A stretch of DNA of 64,000 nt from Candidatus Contendobacter sp. (GTDB lineage Bacteria > Pseudomonadota > Gammaproteobacteria > Competibacterales > Competibacteraceae). This document shows positions 52,158 through 60,950 of this stretch, one piece after another. The notes under the pieces are model-generated. The model was not told the origin of the DNA, did no database searches, and saw nothing but the letters and a program-made list of their open reading frames with translations. A program made the translations under genes and the position numbers. The stretch is taken from the NCBI GenBank assembly GCA_039807425.1, contig JBDHRD010000001.1:2086-66085 (forward strand), read 5' to 3'. Every line of letters begins with the position of its first letter. Position 1 is the first letter of the stretch.

Positions 52158-53585
52158 ATGGATCCGCGCCGCCTGACGCAACAATCTGCCGTTGAATGGT
52201 GGATCGAACCGCAGGGCGCCATGCGCGTCCCGGGGATTTTGTTCGCCACGGAGGACCTGATTCGCGTCATGGACGATCGGGTCTACCATCAGGTCGTCCA
52301 GGCAGCCACCCTGCCCGGCGTCGTCGAGGCCGTCTACGTCTTGCCGGACGCGCGCTGCGGCCATGGCTGCCCGAGGGGCGGGGTGGCCGCGTTTGACCCG
52401 GCGCAGGGCGGGGTGGTCGTCGGTGACGGGATCGGCGTTGACATCGGCTGGGGCGCGCGCGTTCTGCGCGTGGGTCTGAACGTCGCCCATCTGTTGCCTT
52501 ATCGGGAGGCGCTAGCCGGCGCGCTCCACACCCGGATCCCGAATGGCAATGGCGCCCGGGTGCTGCGCCTCACCGGCCGCGGGATGGACGCCATGCTGCG
52601 GGGCGGTGCACGCTGGGCGGTGGAAATGGGTTACGGCGCCTCCGCCGACCTGGAACGGATCGAGGACCAGGGCTGCATGGCGGGTGCCGATCCCAGCCAA
52701 GTGTCCGAACTGGCCAAGACCCGCCAACTGGAGATAATGGGTATCCTGCACGCGCCCTACCAGTATTTGGAAGTGCAACGGGTGGCCCAAGTCTATGATC
52801 GCCAGGCCGCCAGGGTGCTGGGCATCCAGCTCGACGACGTCACGGTCACCCTCCACTGTGGCTCCCATAGCCTGGGGCAACAGATCGGCGCCGATTATCA
52901 CCAACGGCTGGCTGCCGCCGCCAACCACAGCGGCATTTCCCTCCCCGATCGCGATCTGGCCTGCGCGCCGCTGGATTCCGAAGCTGGCCAGCGCTATCTG
53001 AGCGCAGTGCGCGCCGGTATCAATTGCGCGCACGCCAATCGCCAGATTCTCACCCACCTGACCCGGCGAGCCTTCGCCCGACTGTTTCCGAACGTTCGGC
53101 TGGACGCGCTGTACGACGTGACCTACAACACCTGCCGGCCGGAAATCCACCGGGTGGAGGGCCAGCCGCGCCCCCTCCACGTCCATCGCCGGGGCGCCAG
53201 CCGCGCGCTGCGCCCCGGCCATCCCGACCTGCCCGCCGTCTGGCGGGATCTGGGGCAGCCGGGTCTGATCGGCGGTTGGATCAACGCCGCCTCCTACATC
53301 ACGGTGGCGGCTGGATCAACTCAAGAACGGGCCTTTGGGTCCTCCTGCCACGGAGTGGGACCGGGGCCAAATTTGCCGTGGATGGTTCGGGCGCGGCGGG
53401 GCCTGGAAACCCTGGACGTGGTGCGACGGCTGGGGACGCTGATCCGTGGCCCCGCGTCGAGCGGGGTGGTGGAAGCTGTGCCGGAGGCCGACTCGGACTT
53501 CGGCGTGATCGCGGACGTGGCCGAACAGGTGGGCTTGACAAAACGGGTGGCCCGGCTGGAGCCCCTGATCCACATCAAGGGTTAG
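52158..53585 (+). CDS. RtcB-family protein with degenerate active site
   Basis: Full-length RtcB scaffold (GAMRVPG, PDA..G.G.P.GGVAAFD, YLEVQ, HCGS, LACAP, A.ANRQ.LTH, SCHG.G, terminal IKG), but several metal ligands are replaced. Confidence 0.85.
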   Translation: MDPRRLTQQSAVEWWIEPQGAMRVPGILFATEDLIRVMDDRVYHQVVQAATLPGVVEAVYVLPDARCGHGCPRGGVAAFDPAQGGVVVGDGIGVDIGWGARVLRVGLNVAHLLPYREALAGALHTRIPNGNGARVLRLTGRGMDAMLRGGARWAVEMGYGASADLERIEDQGCMAGADPSQVSELAKTRQLEIMGILHAPYQYLEVQRVAQVYDRQAARVLGIQLDDVTVTLHCGSHSLGQQIGADYHQRLAAAANHSGISLPDRDLACAPLDSEAGQRYLSAVRAGINCAHANRQILTHLTRRAFARLFPNVRLDALYDVTYNTCRPEIHRVEGQPRPLHVHRRGASRALRPGHPDLPAVWRDLGQPGLIGGWINAASYITVAAGSTQERAFGSSCHGVGPGPNLPWMVRARRGLETLDVVRRLGTLIRGPASSGVVEAVPEADSDFGVIADVAEQVGLTKRVARLEPLIHIKG

Positions 53586-53609
53586 AGGGAACCGGTCTGT
53601 GGTGAGTTT

Positions 53610-53637
53610 AAGCCGGCGTTGCGCCGGCTTCTTTTTT
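53610..53637 (+). terminator. Rho-independent terminator between convergent genes
   Basis: AAGCCGGCG-TTG-CGCCGGCTT followed by CTTTTTT. Confidence 0.75.
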
Positions 53638-53677
53638 GGCAGGGCCTTTGGCGGAAATCGCCCAGGCGGGTTTGGCC

Positions 53678-54265
53678 CTATTCCTTGATGGCTTCGATGG
53701 CGATGTCGATGCGCACCTCGTCGCTCACGTTCGGCGCGTACTTGGCGGCGTTGAACTCGGAACGCTTGACCACGGTATGGGCGTTCGCGCCGATCGCGTC
53801 CTTTTTCAACATCGGATTTGGCATGGCCTGGAACGAGGTCACAGTCAGCGTCACCGGTTTCGTCACGCCTTTCAAAGTCAGGTTGCCCTCGACCTTCACC
53901 GGTTTATCGCCTTCGAATACCACCCGGTTGGATTTGAAGGTCGCGGTCGGGTACTTGGCCGTGTCGAGGAAATCCTCGCCCTGGATGTGCTCGTCGAAGG
54001 TTCCATAGCCGGTATCGACGGATTTGGTATCGATCACGATATCGACTTCGCCCGTCTTGGCTTCCTTGTCCAGGACGATCTTGCCGGTCGTCTTGTTGAA
54101 GCGGCTTAGCTGCGTCGAATAACCGAGGTGGTTATACGAGAACCGGGGGAACGTGTGGGTCCCATCCACGATGTAGGTTTCCGGCGCCGCCAGGGCGGGC
54201 GCGGTGGTGGCGGTCGCCGCGGCGGCCAACGCGAGAGCGGCCAAAAGGGAGGTCAGTTTTTTCAT
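53678..54265 (-). CDS. YceI family polyisoprenoid-binding protein
   Basis: Signal peptide; Y.VDGTHT..RFSYNHLGYS, DFLDTAKYP.ATFKS and GNLTLKGVTKPV. Confidence 0.92.
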   Translation of the reverse strand: MKKLTSLLAALALAAAATATTAPALAAPETYIVDGTHTFPRFSYNHLGYSTQLSRFNKTTGKIVLDKEAKTGEVDIVIDTKSVDTGYGTFDEHIQGEDFLDTAKYPTATFKSNRVVFEGDKPVKVEGNLTLKGVTKPVTLTVTSFQAMPNPMLKKDAIGANAHTVVKRSEFNAAKYAPNVSDEVRIDIAIEAIKE

Positions 54266-54292
54266 GATGAATCTTCGGTGAGGGTGGAAAGG

Positions 54293-54859
54293 TTATTCGC
54301 CGGAATTGGCGGTGATACGAAACTGAATCTGGACTTCGTTGGCGACCACGTCGAACTTCGCCCACGCCCCTTCGCCGATGGCGAAATCCCCGCGGCGGAG
54401 GGTGAATCGGCCCTCGAAGACACCTGTCTGGCCCTGCGCCGCGAAGGTCGCCGGGATGACGACATCTTGGGTCTTGCCCTTGATGGTCAGTTGGCCGGCG
54501 GCTTCATAGCGGTGGTCGCCCAGCGCCTTGACGCTACGGGTCTCGAACCGCGCGGTCGGGAACGCTTGCGTGTTGAACCAGGTCTTGCCGGCCACTTCCT
54601 GATCGCCTTCGGTGGAGCCGGTGTCGATGCTCGCCAGGTCAATCTCCACGGTCGCCTTGGCCGCTTCCGGGCGGGTTGGATCAAAATTCAACTGTGCGGT
54701 GAAGCGGCTGAACTTGCCGTCCAGGATGACGCCCATCTGCTGGTAAGCGAACGTGATGGCGCTCTGGTCGGCTCGAACCTGACGGTATTCGGCGGCGCGG
54801 GCGCTCCAGGGCAGGACCGCCGCCAGCGTCAAGGCAAGAATCATCGGTTTCATGGTCAT
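54293..54859 (-). CDS. YceI family protein
   Basis: Signal peptide; S.ITF.Y.QMGV..DGKF, IDLASIDTG, WFN..FPTARF and GQLTIKG. Confidence 0.9.
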   Translation of the reverse strand: MTMKPMILALTLAAVLPWSARAAEYRQVRADQSAITFAYQQMGVILDGKFSRFTAQLNFDPTRPEAAKATVEIDLASIDTGSTEGDQEVAGKTWFNTQAFPTARFETRSVKALGDHRYEAAGQLTIKGKTQDVVIPATFAAQGQTGVFEGRFTLRRGDFAIGEGAWAKFDVVANEVQIQFRITANSGE

Positions 54860-55398
54860 TTCTCCGTGGAGCGGACCGGCAACATGCGCGTCAGCACGTC
54901 GTCCCGGTCGATCAAATGGTGCTTCAGGGCGGCGCCGACGTGACCGATCAGAACCACGACAAAGAACAGGTTGAGGGTTTCGTGGACCGCCTGGAGCACA
55001 TCACCCAATTCCTTGTTTTTACCCACCAGATCGGGGATGGGCAGCACGCCGAACCAGACGGTCTGGAACCCCTTGGCCGAACTCATCAGCCAGCCGGACA
55101 GCGGGATGGCGATCATCAGCAGATACAGCAGCGCATGACCCGCGTGGGCGGCGAGCTGCATCATCTTCGGCATGTGATCGGGCAGAGGCGGCGGCCGATA
55201 GGTCGTGCGCCACGCCAGGCGAACCAGCACGAGCAGGAATGCGGTTACGCCGGCCCACTTGTGCCAGGAGTAAAGCTGCAACTTTTGGGGCGACAGCGGC
55301 AGGTCGGTCATGATGAAACCCAGCGCCAGCAAGCCCAACAGCAGAACCGCCATCAGCCAGTGCAGCGCTTTGGCGACCGGGGTGTAACCGGGTGTCAT
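54856..55398 (-). CDS. Cytochrome b561 (YceJ/CybB family)
   Basis: KALHWLMA, HKWAG, HALLY..MIAIPLSGW and HVGAALKHH heme-ligand histidines. Confidence 0.92.
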   Translation of the reverse strand: MTPGYTPVAKALHWLMAVLLLGLLALGFIMTDLPLSPQKLQLYSWHKWAGVTAFLLVLVRLAWRTTYRPPPLPDHMPKMMQLAAHAGHALLYLLMIAIPLSGWLMSSAKGFQTVWFGVLPIPDLVGKNKELGDVLQAVHETLNLFFVVVLIGHVGAALKHHLIDRDDVLTRMLPVRSTEK

Positions 55399-55568
55399 GA
55401 GGAACCCTCCTCGTTCGGCAGAAAGGCGTGGGCGTCCATGGCGAGGACGTAATCGTCGATGCCGGCATGGGAGCGTTCGATCCGGGCCGGGTCGCCGGCG
55501 GCGCCAGGGTGCGGCGCGAAGGTCGGCGCGCCGCGCGGAACGAACAGAGAGGATTGGGTTGGGGTCAT
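55395..55568 (-). pseudogene. Internally deleted DODA/LigB-type extradiol dioxygenase remnant
   Basis: N-terminus SLFVPRGAPTFA (cf. LFxxHGAPT) joined directly to C-terminus HAGIDDYVLAMDA.AF; only 57 aa. Confidence 0.6.
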
Positions 55569-55647
55569 GGCCGCTTCTCCAAAAACCAATGGCCGTAGTG
55601 TAGCCTTCCCGCTTGGAGCGAAATAGCCGACAATCTGCAAATCTTTA

Positions 55648-55662
55648 TTGCTGAAATAGCAA
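55648..55662. promoter_or_regulatory. LysR-type operator palindrome
   Basis: TTGCT-GAAAT-AGCAA (contains T-N11-A) between the divergent LysR remnant and the dioxygenase/cytb/yceI operon. Confidence 0.5.
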
Positions 55663-55664
55663 CA

Positions 55665-55810
55665 ATGGACCGGCTCGTGATGAATTTGTTGGTGCGGATG
55701 GCGGAACGGGGCGGTTTTGCCGCTGCCGCGCAACTCGGGATGGCGCGCTTGGTGGTGACGCGGCAGATCGCGGCGCTGGAAACCCATCTCGGCGTCAAAC
55801 CGATGGCGTG
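55665..55810 (+). pseudogene. LysR-family regulator N-terminal remnant
   Basis: MDRL...VR.AERGGFAAAAQLG.....VTRQIAALETHLGVK, a degenerate LysR HTH; no effector domain follows. Confidence 0.7.
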
Positions 55811-55860
55811 CGGCGCTCTTCACCATGATGCCGGGGCTGCTGATGAGCTATTGGTTCCGG

Positions 55861-55980
55861 CTACCGTTGCATCCACCCCGAGTTTTGTGCGGTGGGGGGC
55901 GGTTGGCCTTGGTGGTTGATGTAGTGGATGATCGCTCCCACCACGATGGCCAGGAGCACGGCGATAGCAAGGTATTTCAT
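55861..55980 (-). CDS. 39-aa small membrane protein (not in the ORF track)
   Basis: MKYLAIAVLLAIVVGAIIHYINHQGQPPPTAQNSGWMQR*; host-like codons, single TM, same strand as the upstream operon. Confidence 0.55.
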   Translation of the reverse strand: MKYLAIAVLLAIVVGAIIHYINHQGQPPPTAQNSGWMQR

Positions 55981-56085
55981 CGGGTGACCCCCAAACTTTT
56001 CCACCCACATCCCATGCGGTTCGTGCGCTGGATGCCAGGTGGCGAGAGCTGATCAGAATTTTTCTCGCGGTGTTTTCTTCCGTGG

Positions 56086-58233
56086 CTAGCCCCGCCGCCA
56101 GCGATGGAAGCGCTCCACCCAGGCCAGCAGTTTCGTGGGGGCATGCGCCTTCTTCCACATGCCAGCGGCGTATTGGTTCGCTTCGGCCATGGTCGGGTAG
56201 AGGTGGATCGTGCCCAATATCTGGTTGAGCCCAAGGCCGTGACGCATGGCCAGCACGTATTCGGCCAGCAGGTCCCCGGCGTGCTCGCCGACGATGGTTG
56301 CGCCCAGAATCCGGTCCTTACCCGGTACGGTCAGTACCTTGACGAACCCATGCGCTTCACCGTCGGCGATGGCCCGATCCAGATCGTGGAGGCCATACAC
56401 CGTCACTTCGTGCGGGATACCCTTCTCCCGCGCTTCCTGCTCGTTTAACCCCACCCGCGCCACTTCCGGATCGACGAAGGTGGACCAGGGGATCGCCGAG
56501 TAATCGATTTTGAATTTCCTGAGCGGATCGAACAGGGCGTTCACCGCCGCATACCAGGCTTGATGGGCAGCGGTATGGGTGAACTGGAACGGCCCGGCCA
56601 CATCGCCGGCCGCATAGATATTGGGATAGAGCGTTTGCAGGTACTCGTTGGTCTCCACGGTGCGAGCGAGCGTGGTCGGAATCCCCAGTTCTTCCAATCC
56701 ATAGCCGCTGGTGTTGGCCACCCGTCCCACGGCCACCAGCACCGTATCGAACGGAATCCGCACGTCCCGGTTTTCGTACTCGGCGATCAGGACTTTTTCA
56801 TCGTTCTCCATCACGAACCGCCTGGCCTTGTGATTAACCAGAATGGTGATGCCTTCCTGTCGAAAACGCGCGGCGACCAGTTCCGAAACTTCCGGGTCTT
56901 CCCGAATCAGGATGCGCGGCGCTATTTCCACCTGGGTCACTTGCGCACCGAGTCGGGCGAAGGTCTGGGTCAGTTCCGACCCGATCGGGCCGCCGCCCAA
57001 CACCACCAGACGCTTCGGCAACGCGCGGAGATTCCAGACGGTGTCCGAAGTCAGATAGCCAACTTCCTCCAGCCCCGGAATTGGTGGCACGAACGGCCGG
57101 GCGCCGGCAGCGATGACGATGCTTCGGGTGGTCAGGGTCCGCGTACCTTCGGCGGTCGTCACCGCCATCGTCCAGGGTGAGGTGATTTTGGCCATGCCTT
57201 CGATCACCTCCACGCCGAGTCCAGTATAGCGTTCCACCGAATCGTGCGGCGCGACTTCCCGGATCACCCGCTGGACCCGCTCCATGACTTCGGCGAAGTC
57301 GAATTCAACCTTGGCCTCGCGGATTCCAAATTCCCGGGACCGTTGCATGTGGGAGAGCAGCCTGGCCGAACGGATCAGCGCCTTGGATGGCACGCAGCCG
57401 GTGTTCAGGCAGTCTCCGCCCATCCGATGCTTTTCGATCAGAGTCACCCTGGCCTTGACCGCCGCCGCGATGTAGGCCGTCACCAGCCCCGCCGAACCGG
57501 CGCCGATCACCACCAGATTGCGGTCGAAGCATTTCGGCTTTGGCCATTGCGCGTACACCCGCCGCCCTTTCGCCACCAACACGAGTTTTTTGGCGATCAG
57601 AGGAAAGACCCCTAGCAGAACGAAGGAAGCGAGCAGTTCGAGTGACAGGATGCCTTGCAGCGAGTCGATTTTTGCCAGTTGGGTGCCGGCGTTCACGTAC
57701 ACCAGGGTCCCGGCCAGCATGCCCACTTGGCTGACCCAGTAAAAAGTCCAGGTCCGAATCGGCGTCAGACCCATCACCAGGTTGATGATGAAGAAGGGAA
57801 AAACCGGGATCAGCCGCAGGGTGAGCAGGTAAAAGCCACTTTCCCTGGCCATCCCGACGCTGATCGCTTTCAGTCTCTCCCCGAGTTTACCCCGCACCCA
57901 GTCGCGCAACACAAAGCGGGCGGCGAGGAAGGCCAGGGTCGCGCCGAGGGTCGAGGCGAAGGAGGCGATGACCGTGCCCCAGACCAGGCCGAAGATTGCG
58001 CCCGCCGCCAGGGTCATGACCGCTGCGCCGGGCAGCGACAACCCAGTGACTGCGATGTAAACGGCGAAGAAGAGCCCCGCCGTCAGACCGGGATGCGCCA
58101 CCCGCCAGGCTTCCATGGTGGCTTGCTGGGCCTTGAAATAGTCCAGGCTGAAAAACCGCCCCAGGTCGAAAACAAAGAACGCGCCCACCAGCAGGCCGAG
58201 GACGACAAGCAGCAGGAGTTTACGTGGGTTCAT
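56086..58233 (-). CDS. TVP38/DedA (SNARE-associated) domain fused to a pyridine nucleotide-disulfide oxidoreductase
   Basis: LSLPGAAVMTL..G, LRLIPVFPFFIIN membrane domain; GAGSAG, GGDCLNTGCVPSK, GGGPIG.E and IHLYPT. Confidence 0.9.
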   Translation of the reverse strand: MNPRKLLLLVVLGLLVGAFFVFDLGRFFSLDYFKAQQATMEAWRVAHPGLTAGLFFAVYIAVTGLSLPGAAVMTLAAGAIFGLVWGTVIASFASTLGATLAFLAARFVLRDWVRGKLGERLKAISVGMARESGFYLLTLRLIPVFPFFIINLVMGLTPIRTWTFYWVSQVGMLAGTLVYVNAGTQLAKIDSLQGILSLELLASFVLLGVFPLIAKKLVLVAKGRRVYAQWPKPKCFDRNLVVIGAGSAGLVTAYIAAAVKARVTLIEKHRMGGDCLNTGCVPSKALIRSARLLSHMQRSREFGIREAKVEFDFAEVMERVQRVIREVAPHDSVERYTGLGVEVIEGMAKITSPWTMAVTTAEGTRTLTTRSIVIAAGARPFVPPIPGLEEVGYLTSDTVWNLRALPKRLVVLGGGPIGSELTQTFARLGAQVTQVEIAPRILIREDPEVSELVAARFRQEGITILVNHKARRFVMENDEKVLIAEYENRDVRIPFDTVLVAVGRVANTSGYGLEELGIPTTLARTVETNEYLQTLYPNIYAAGDVAGPFQFTHTAAHQAWYAAVNALFDPLRKFKIDYSAIPWSTFVDPEVARVGLNEQEAREKGIPHEVTVYGLHDLDRAIADGEAHGFVKVLTVPGKDRILGATIVGEHAGDLLAEYVLAMRHGLGLNQILGTIHLYPTMAEANQYAAGMWKKAHAPTKLLAWVERFHRWRRG

Positions 58234-58266
58234 GGGGTCTGGTGTTGAGCCTCTGGATGCCGGGAG

Positions 58267-58905
58267 TCAGGACCGGGCAGCCGGCAAGCTCGACCGCCTC
58301 AGCCGTCGCAGTTCCGCCGGCGTGTCCACATCCCAGCCGGCTGGCAACTCGACCCAGTTCATTCCGGCTCGCCGCAGTCGTCGGCGGGTCGCCGCCAGCA
58401 CCGTCGGCGTACTCCAGGCAATACCCTGGAACAGTGCCGGACCAGGCCGGTTCAAGCCGATCAGCACGTAACCACCGTCTGCCGCCGGTCCCAGCACCGC
58501 CTCATGGCCAGCGGCCAGCAGGCCGAACGCGGTACGCAGTTCCACTTCCCCCACGGACGCGCAGTCACCGCCGATCAACACCGCCGGATGACCGGCAGCC
58601 AGGGTCTGGTTCAGGGCGTGATTCATCCGCTGGCCCAGAGCACCCCCGCATTGCCGGCGCAACCGCACGCCGTATTCCCGCCGGCAGGTGACGAAGAAGC
58701 CATGCCGGGCATCCGGCGCGCACCAGAGTTCGATCGGGCACAGCCGGGCCTCGCGGGCGATGCGCAAGGTTTGGCGCAGCAGCTTTTGATACAGTGCCGC
58801 CGCGCCGCGCGTTCCGAGTTGTCTTGCCAGCCGGGTCTTGACCCGACCGGGGACCGGCGCCTTGGCGAAGATCAGCAGCCGGGCATCCGGAAAAGTCAGG
58901 CTCAT
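58267..58905 (-). CDS. TIGR04282 family (DUF2064) glycosyltransferase-like protein
   Basis: FAKAPVPGRVKTRLA, Q.GG.LG.RM, LIGGDC, GPAADGGYVLIG, I.WST and DVDT. Confidence 0.9.
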   Translation of the reverse strand: MSLTFPDARLLIFAKAPVPGRVKTRLARQLGTRGAAALYQKLLRQTLRIAREARLCPIELWCAPDARHGFFVTCRREYGVRLRRQCGGALGQRMNHALNQTLAAGHPAVLIGGDCASVGEVELRTAFGLLAAGHEAVLGPAADGGYVLIGLNRPGPALFQGIAWSTPTVLAATRRRLRRAGMNWVELPAGWDVDTPAELRRLRRSSLPAARS

Positions 58906-59585
58906 GCGCGGTAGTAAATCCGGGCCAGCCGTTCGGGATCCATGCCGAAACAGTAGGCCAGCCGCAGCCGCCACATCAGCAGAATCGTGCGCAGAAGGCC
59001 GTTGGATTCCCAGCGCCGGCTGGACGCCGTCAGCCGCTGGCGCAGGCAGACCGGCGGGCTGTGGCGCTTGAGCAAGCGGCTGAGAGCAATGTCTTCCATC
59101 AGTGCGATGGGGGGATAGCCGCCAACGCGCTCGAACACTTCCCGGCGCACGAAGAGGCCCTGATCGCCAGTGGCGATGCCGGTGAGCCGGGAGCGGGCGT
59201 TCATCAGGGTTTCCACCGCCCGCAGCAGTAGATGATGGCCGGACAACCGCACATCGAACCGGCCCCAATGACGGTTAGGTCGAGCCAGGGCGGCGCGGAT
59301 GAGGGTGGCTGCGTCCGGCGGTGGCAGGCTGTCGGCGTGCAGGAACCAGAGAATATCGCCGCTGGCCTGTCGCGCGCCGGCGTTCATCTGTGCCGCCCGC
59401 CCACGAGAACCGGCCATGACCCGATCCGTCAGCGGTTCGGCCAGCGCCATGGTTCGGTCGCCGCTGCCGCCGTCCACCACGATCAGTTCGCCATCCGGTC
59501 CGCGCAGTGGCTGCAGGAGGTTCAAGCAAGCGACGATTTGCGCTTCCTCGTTGAGGACAGGCAGGATGATGGAAATGCGGGACAT
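58902..59585 (-). CDS. TIGR04283 family glycosyltransferase 2
   Basis: ISIILPVLNE, VDGGS.D.T, GRAAQMNAGA, FLHADS, GIATGDQ, MEDI and SSRRW. Confidence 0.9.
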   Translation of the reverse strand: MSRISIILPVLNEEAQIVACLNLLQPLRGPDGELIVVDGGSGDRTMALAEPLTDRVMAGSRGRAAQMNAGARQASGDILWFLHADSLPPPDAATLIRAALARPNRHWGRFDVRLSGHHLLLRAVETLMNARSRLTGIATGDQGLFVRREVFERVGGYPPIALMEDIALSRLLKRHSPPVCLRQRLTASSRRWESNGLLRTILLMWRLRLAYCFGMDPERLARIYYRA

Positions 59586-59637
59586 GATTTTTCCGGCAAG
59601 GGGTCTGGTCGATGACCAGCAATTCTCATGAACGCCA

Positions 59638-60633
59638 TCATGCGGCCGCCTTGGCGGGGAGTGCGAATGCAGCGCCGAGCGCCCCGCCGCAACTGCTGCC
59701 CTGCCCGGCGGTGCAGCCATAACAGTGGTCGGCGACCCGGATCAGGGCGCCAGTCAGTTCCCGGTCCAGTAAATTGGTCAGATGAGTGCGAGCCGGGCCG
59801 TTGGCGCCCAGCGGCAGTTTTAGCATCTGATTGAAATCGCAATCGTAGACGTAACCCTGCCAGTCCACGGAGATAAGATTCCGGCACATCACCGCCTCCA
59901 GGTTCTCGTCCCGGTGCGCGGACTTGAGCAGGTCCATGTAAGGCTTGAATTGCCCCTTGGAAAGCAGTTGGCTGCCGAACCGCTGGATCGGCATGTTGGC
60001 CAGGGCCAGCAGGCGATTGAAAACGATCCCATGGCGGACAGCCAATTCGTGTTGGTAGGCGGCTTCCAGGTTGGCCTGGTCGGGCGGCAGCACCGGGCCG
60101 AGCGGGTTGTAGACCAGATTCAAGATCAGGCCGCTACCGGGTTGGCCATAACCCAGGGCATTGAGTTGCCGCAGGCCAGCCAGACTGGATGCAAACACAC
60201 CCTTGCCGCGTTGCTGGTCCACGTTCTCTTCCAGATAGCAGGGCAGGGACGCGGTGAGCTCGACCGCATGATCGGCCAGAAATACCGCCAGGTCTTCCTG
60301 GCCCGGTTCGTTGAGAATCGTCAGGTTGCAGCGGTCGATGACCCGGACTCCCTGTTTGCGAGCGCGAGCGACCAACTTGCGAAAATACGGATTCAATTCT
60401 GGCGCGCCCCCGGTCAGGTCCAGGGTCGGGATCCTGCGCGCCGAGAGGTAACGCAGCAGCAGCTCCATCGTCTCCCAGCCCATTGCTTCGGTGCGCTGGG
60501 GACTGGCCGCCACGTGGCAATGGGTGCAGGACTGGTTGCAGCGGTAGCCCAGGTTGGCTTGCAACGTGTCGAGGCGGTCGCGGTAAACCGCCGGAAAGTC
60601 AGTCTTCACCAGCAGGGGAAACGTGTCGCGCAT
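59638..60633 (-). CDS. arsS: Radical SAM protein of the ArsS (arsenosugar biosynthesis-associated) family
   Basis: CNQSCTHC, LDLTGGAPE, IDRCNLTIL, SLPCY, YDCDFNQML and HCYGCTAGQGSSCGGAL. Confidence 0.88.
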   Translation of the reverse strand: MRDTFPLLVKTDFPAVYRDRLDTLQANLGYRCNQSCTHCHVAASPQRTEAMGWETMELLLRYLSARRIPTLDLTGGAPELNPYFRKLVARARKQGVRVIDRCNLTILNEPGQEDLAVFLADHAVELTASLPCYLEENVDQQRGKGVFASSLAGLRQLNALGYGQPGSGLILNLVYNPLGPVLPPDQANLEAAYQHELAVRHGIVFNRLLALANMPIQRFGSQLLSKGQFKPYMDLLKSAHRDENLEAVMCRNLISVDWQGYVYDCDFNQMLKLPLGANGPARTHLTNLLDRELTGALIRVADHCYGCTAGQGSSCGGALGAAFALPAKAAA

Positions 60634-60950
60634 ACCGGTTCTCTTGCGAGGTTCAACGAGTCTTCGAGTTTAGTCGCGGGCGAGGACTGGCGGATCGCGG
60701 CGTTGGTTGCCGGACGCGGTGGATGAGTCATCACGACTAATCCTGACAACCGACCAGCCGGATCGGTTCCAGCGCATTACCTGGCGGCGGGATGCTGACC
60801 GGCGGCGCGCGTGAAGCCGGCCGGTTTTACGCAGTAGAATTACCACGCAGGCGCGTCGAGGCGTTCAACCTCTCGACCAGCCAGTGCGTGCGCCTGAGAC
60901 CGGCGCGGGGTCCGCCTGTTTTCTCCCAGCCCAACCATGGAAGTCGCCTT

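Noticed and set aside
56086-58233. Mercuric reductase MerA
   Set aside because: Lacks the C-terminal vicinal Cys-Cys and the N-terminal metal-binding domain; no mer operon; it is the common DedA-oxidoreductase fusion.
59638-60633. Selenoprotein form of ArsS
   Set aside because: The C-terminal motif reads GSSCGG with Cys and there is no in-frame TGA.
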